64,000 nt of DNA. It comes from Botryllus schlosseri (taxonomy: Eukaryota). Position numbers and translations under genes: made by a program. Positions within the stretch are counted from its first letter, which is position 1. Each line of letters opens with the position of its first letter. The notes beneath the pieces are model-generated. The model was given only the letters and a program-made list of their open reading frames with translations. It made no database searches and was not told the DNA's origin. Below are positions 63,794-64,000 of the stretch, one piece after another. The stretch lies in the NCBI GenBank assembly GCA_051294905.1, contig CM119372.1:16184001-16248000 (forward strand), in the 5' to 3' direction.

Positions 63794-64000
63794 CTAAGAA
63801 TCGTATGGATAACGGGTAGTGATGAAACTGCCCATGGCAGGATGTACGGTTCTGCGAGGAGTTCCCACGGGGGAGCTCCCCTAAACTCCTAACTCCCCCC
63901 CCCCCTATAAAAAAAATTGTAATTTAGGCTACGACCTTGAGTGTGGGTAATATCTTGAGTATGGTGACAGCTTTCTCCGCAAGTCATGAAGTAACAGCAA

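Overview
AT-rich eukaryotic DNA with abundant CpG and one 100-N assembly gap. It is probably from an invertebrate animal; this is an inference from repeat content, and the species cannot be identified from the sequence alone. I find no intact cellular gene, rRNA, CRISPR array or operon, and almost all ORFs in the supplied track are incidental. The window is a dense, layered graveyard of cut-and-paste DNA transposons. More than 20 non-autonomous hAT-type elements can be delimited by terminal inverted repeats (TIRs), most of them also by 8-bp target-site duplications (TSDs); many are nested 3-4 (possibly 5) levels deep. Decayed transposase fragments from several lineages are present: Ac-like and Tip100/ZMYM1-like dimerisation domains, Buster/Charlie N- and C-termini, a hATm-like fragment and a Chapaev3-like fragment. 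There is also the 3' end of an RNase H-bearing LINE, a tRNA-headed SINE-like repeat, and microsatellites. The most notable structures are: a foldback element with 529-bp apparently identical arms around a deleted transposase (53878-55736); a 4-5 level nest (53489-60291); a cryptic old inverted duplication visible only after removing insertions (about 5.7-21.4 kb); two copies of one element carrying different internal filler; and a four-copy coding-like segment I cannot identify. All boundaries were read by eye and family names come from motif recall, not database searches.
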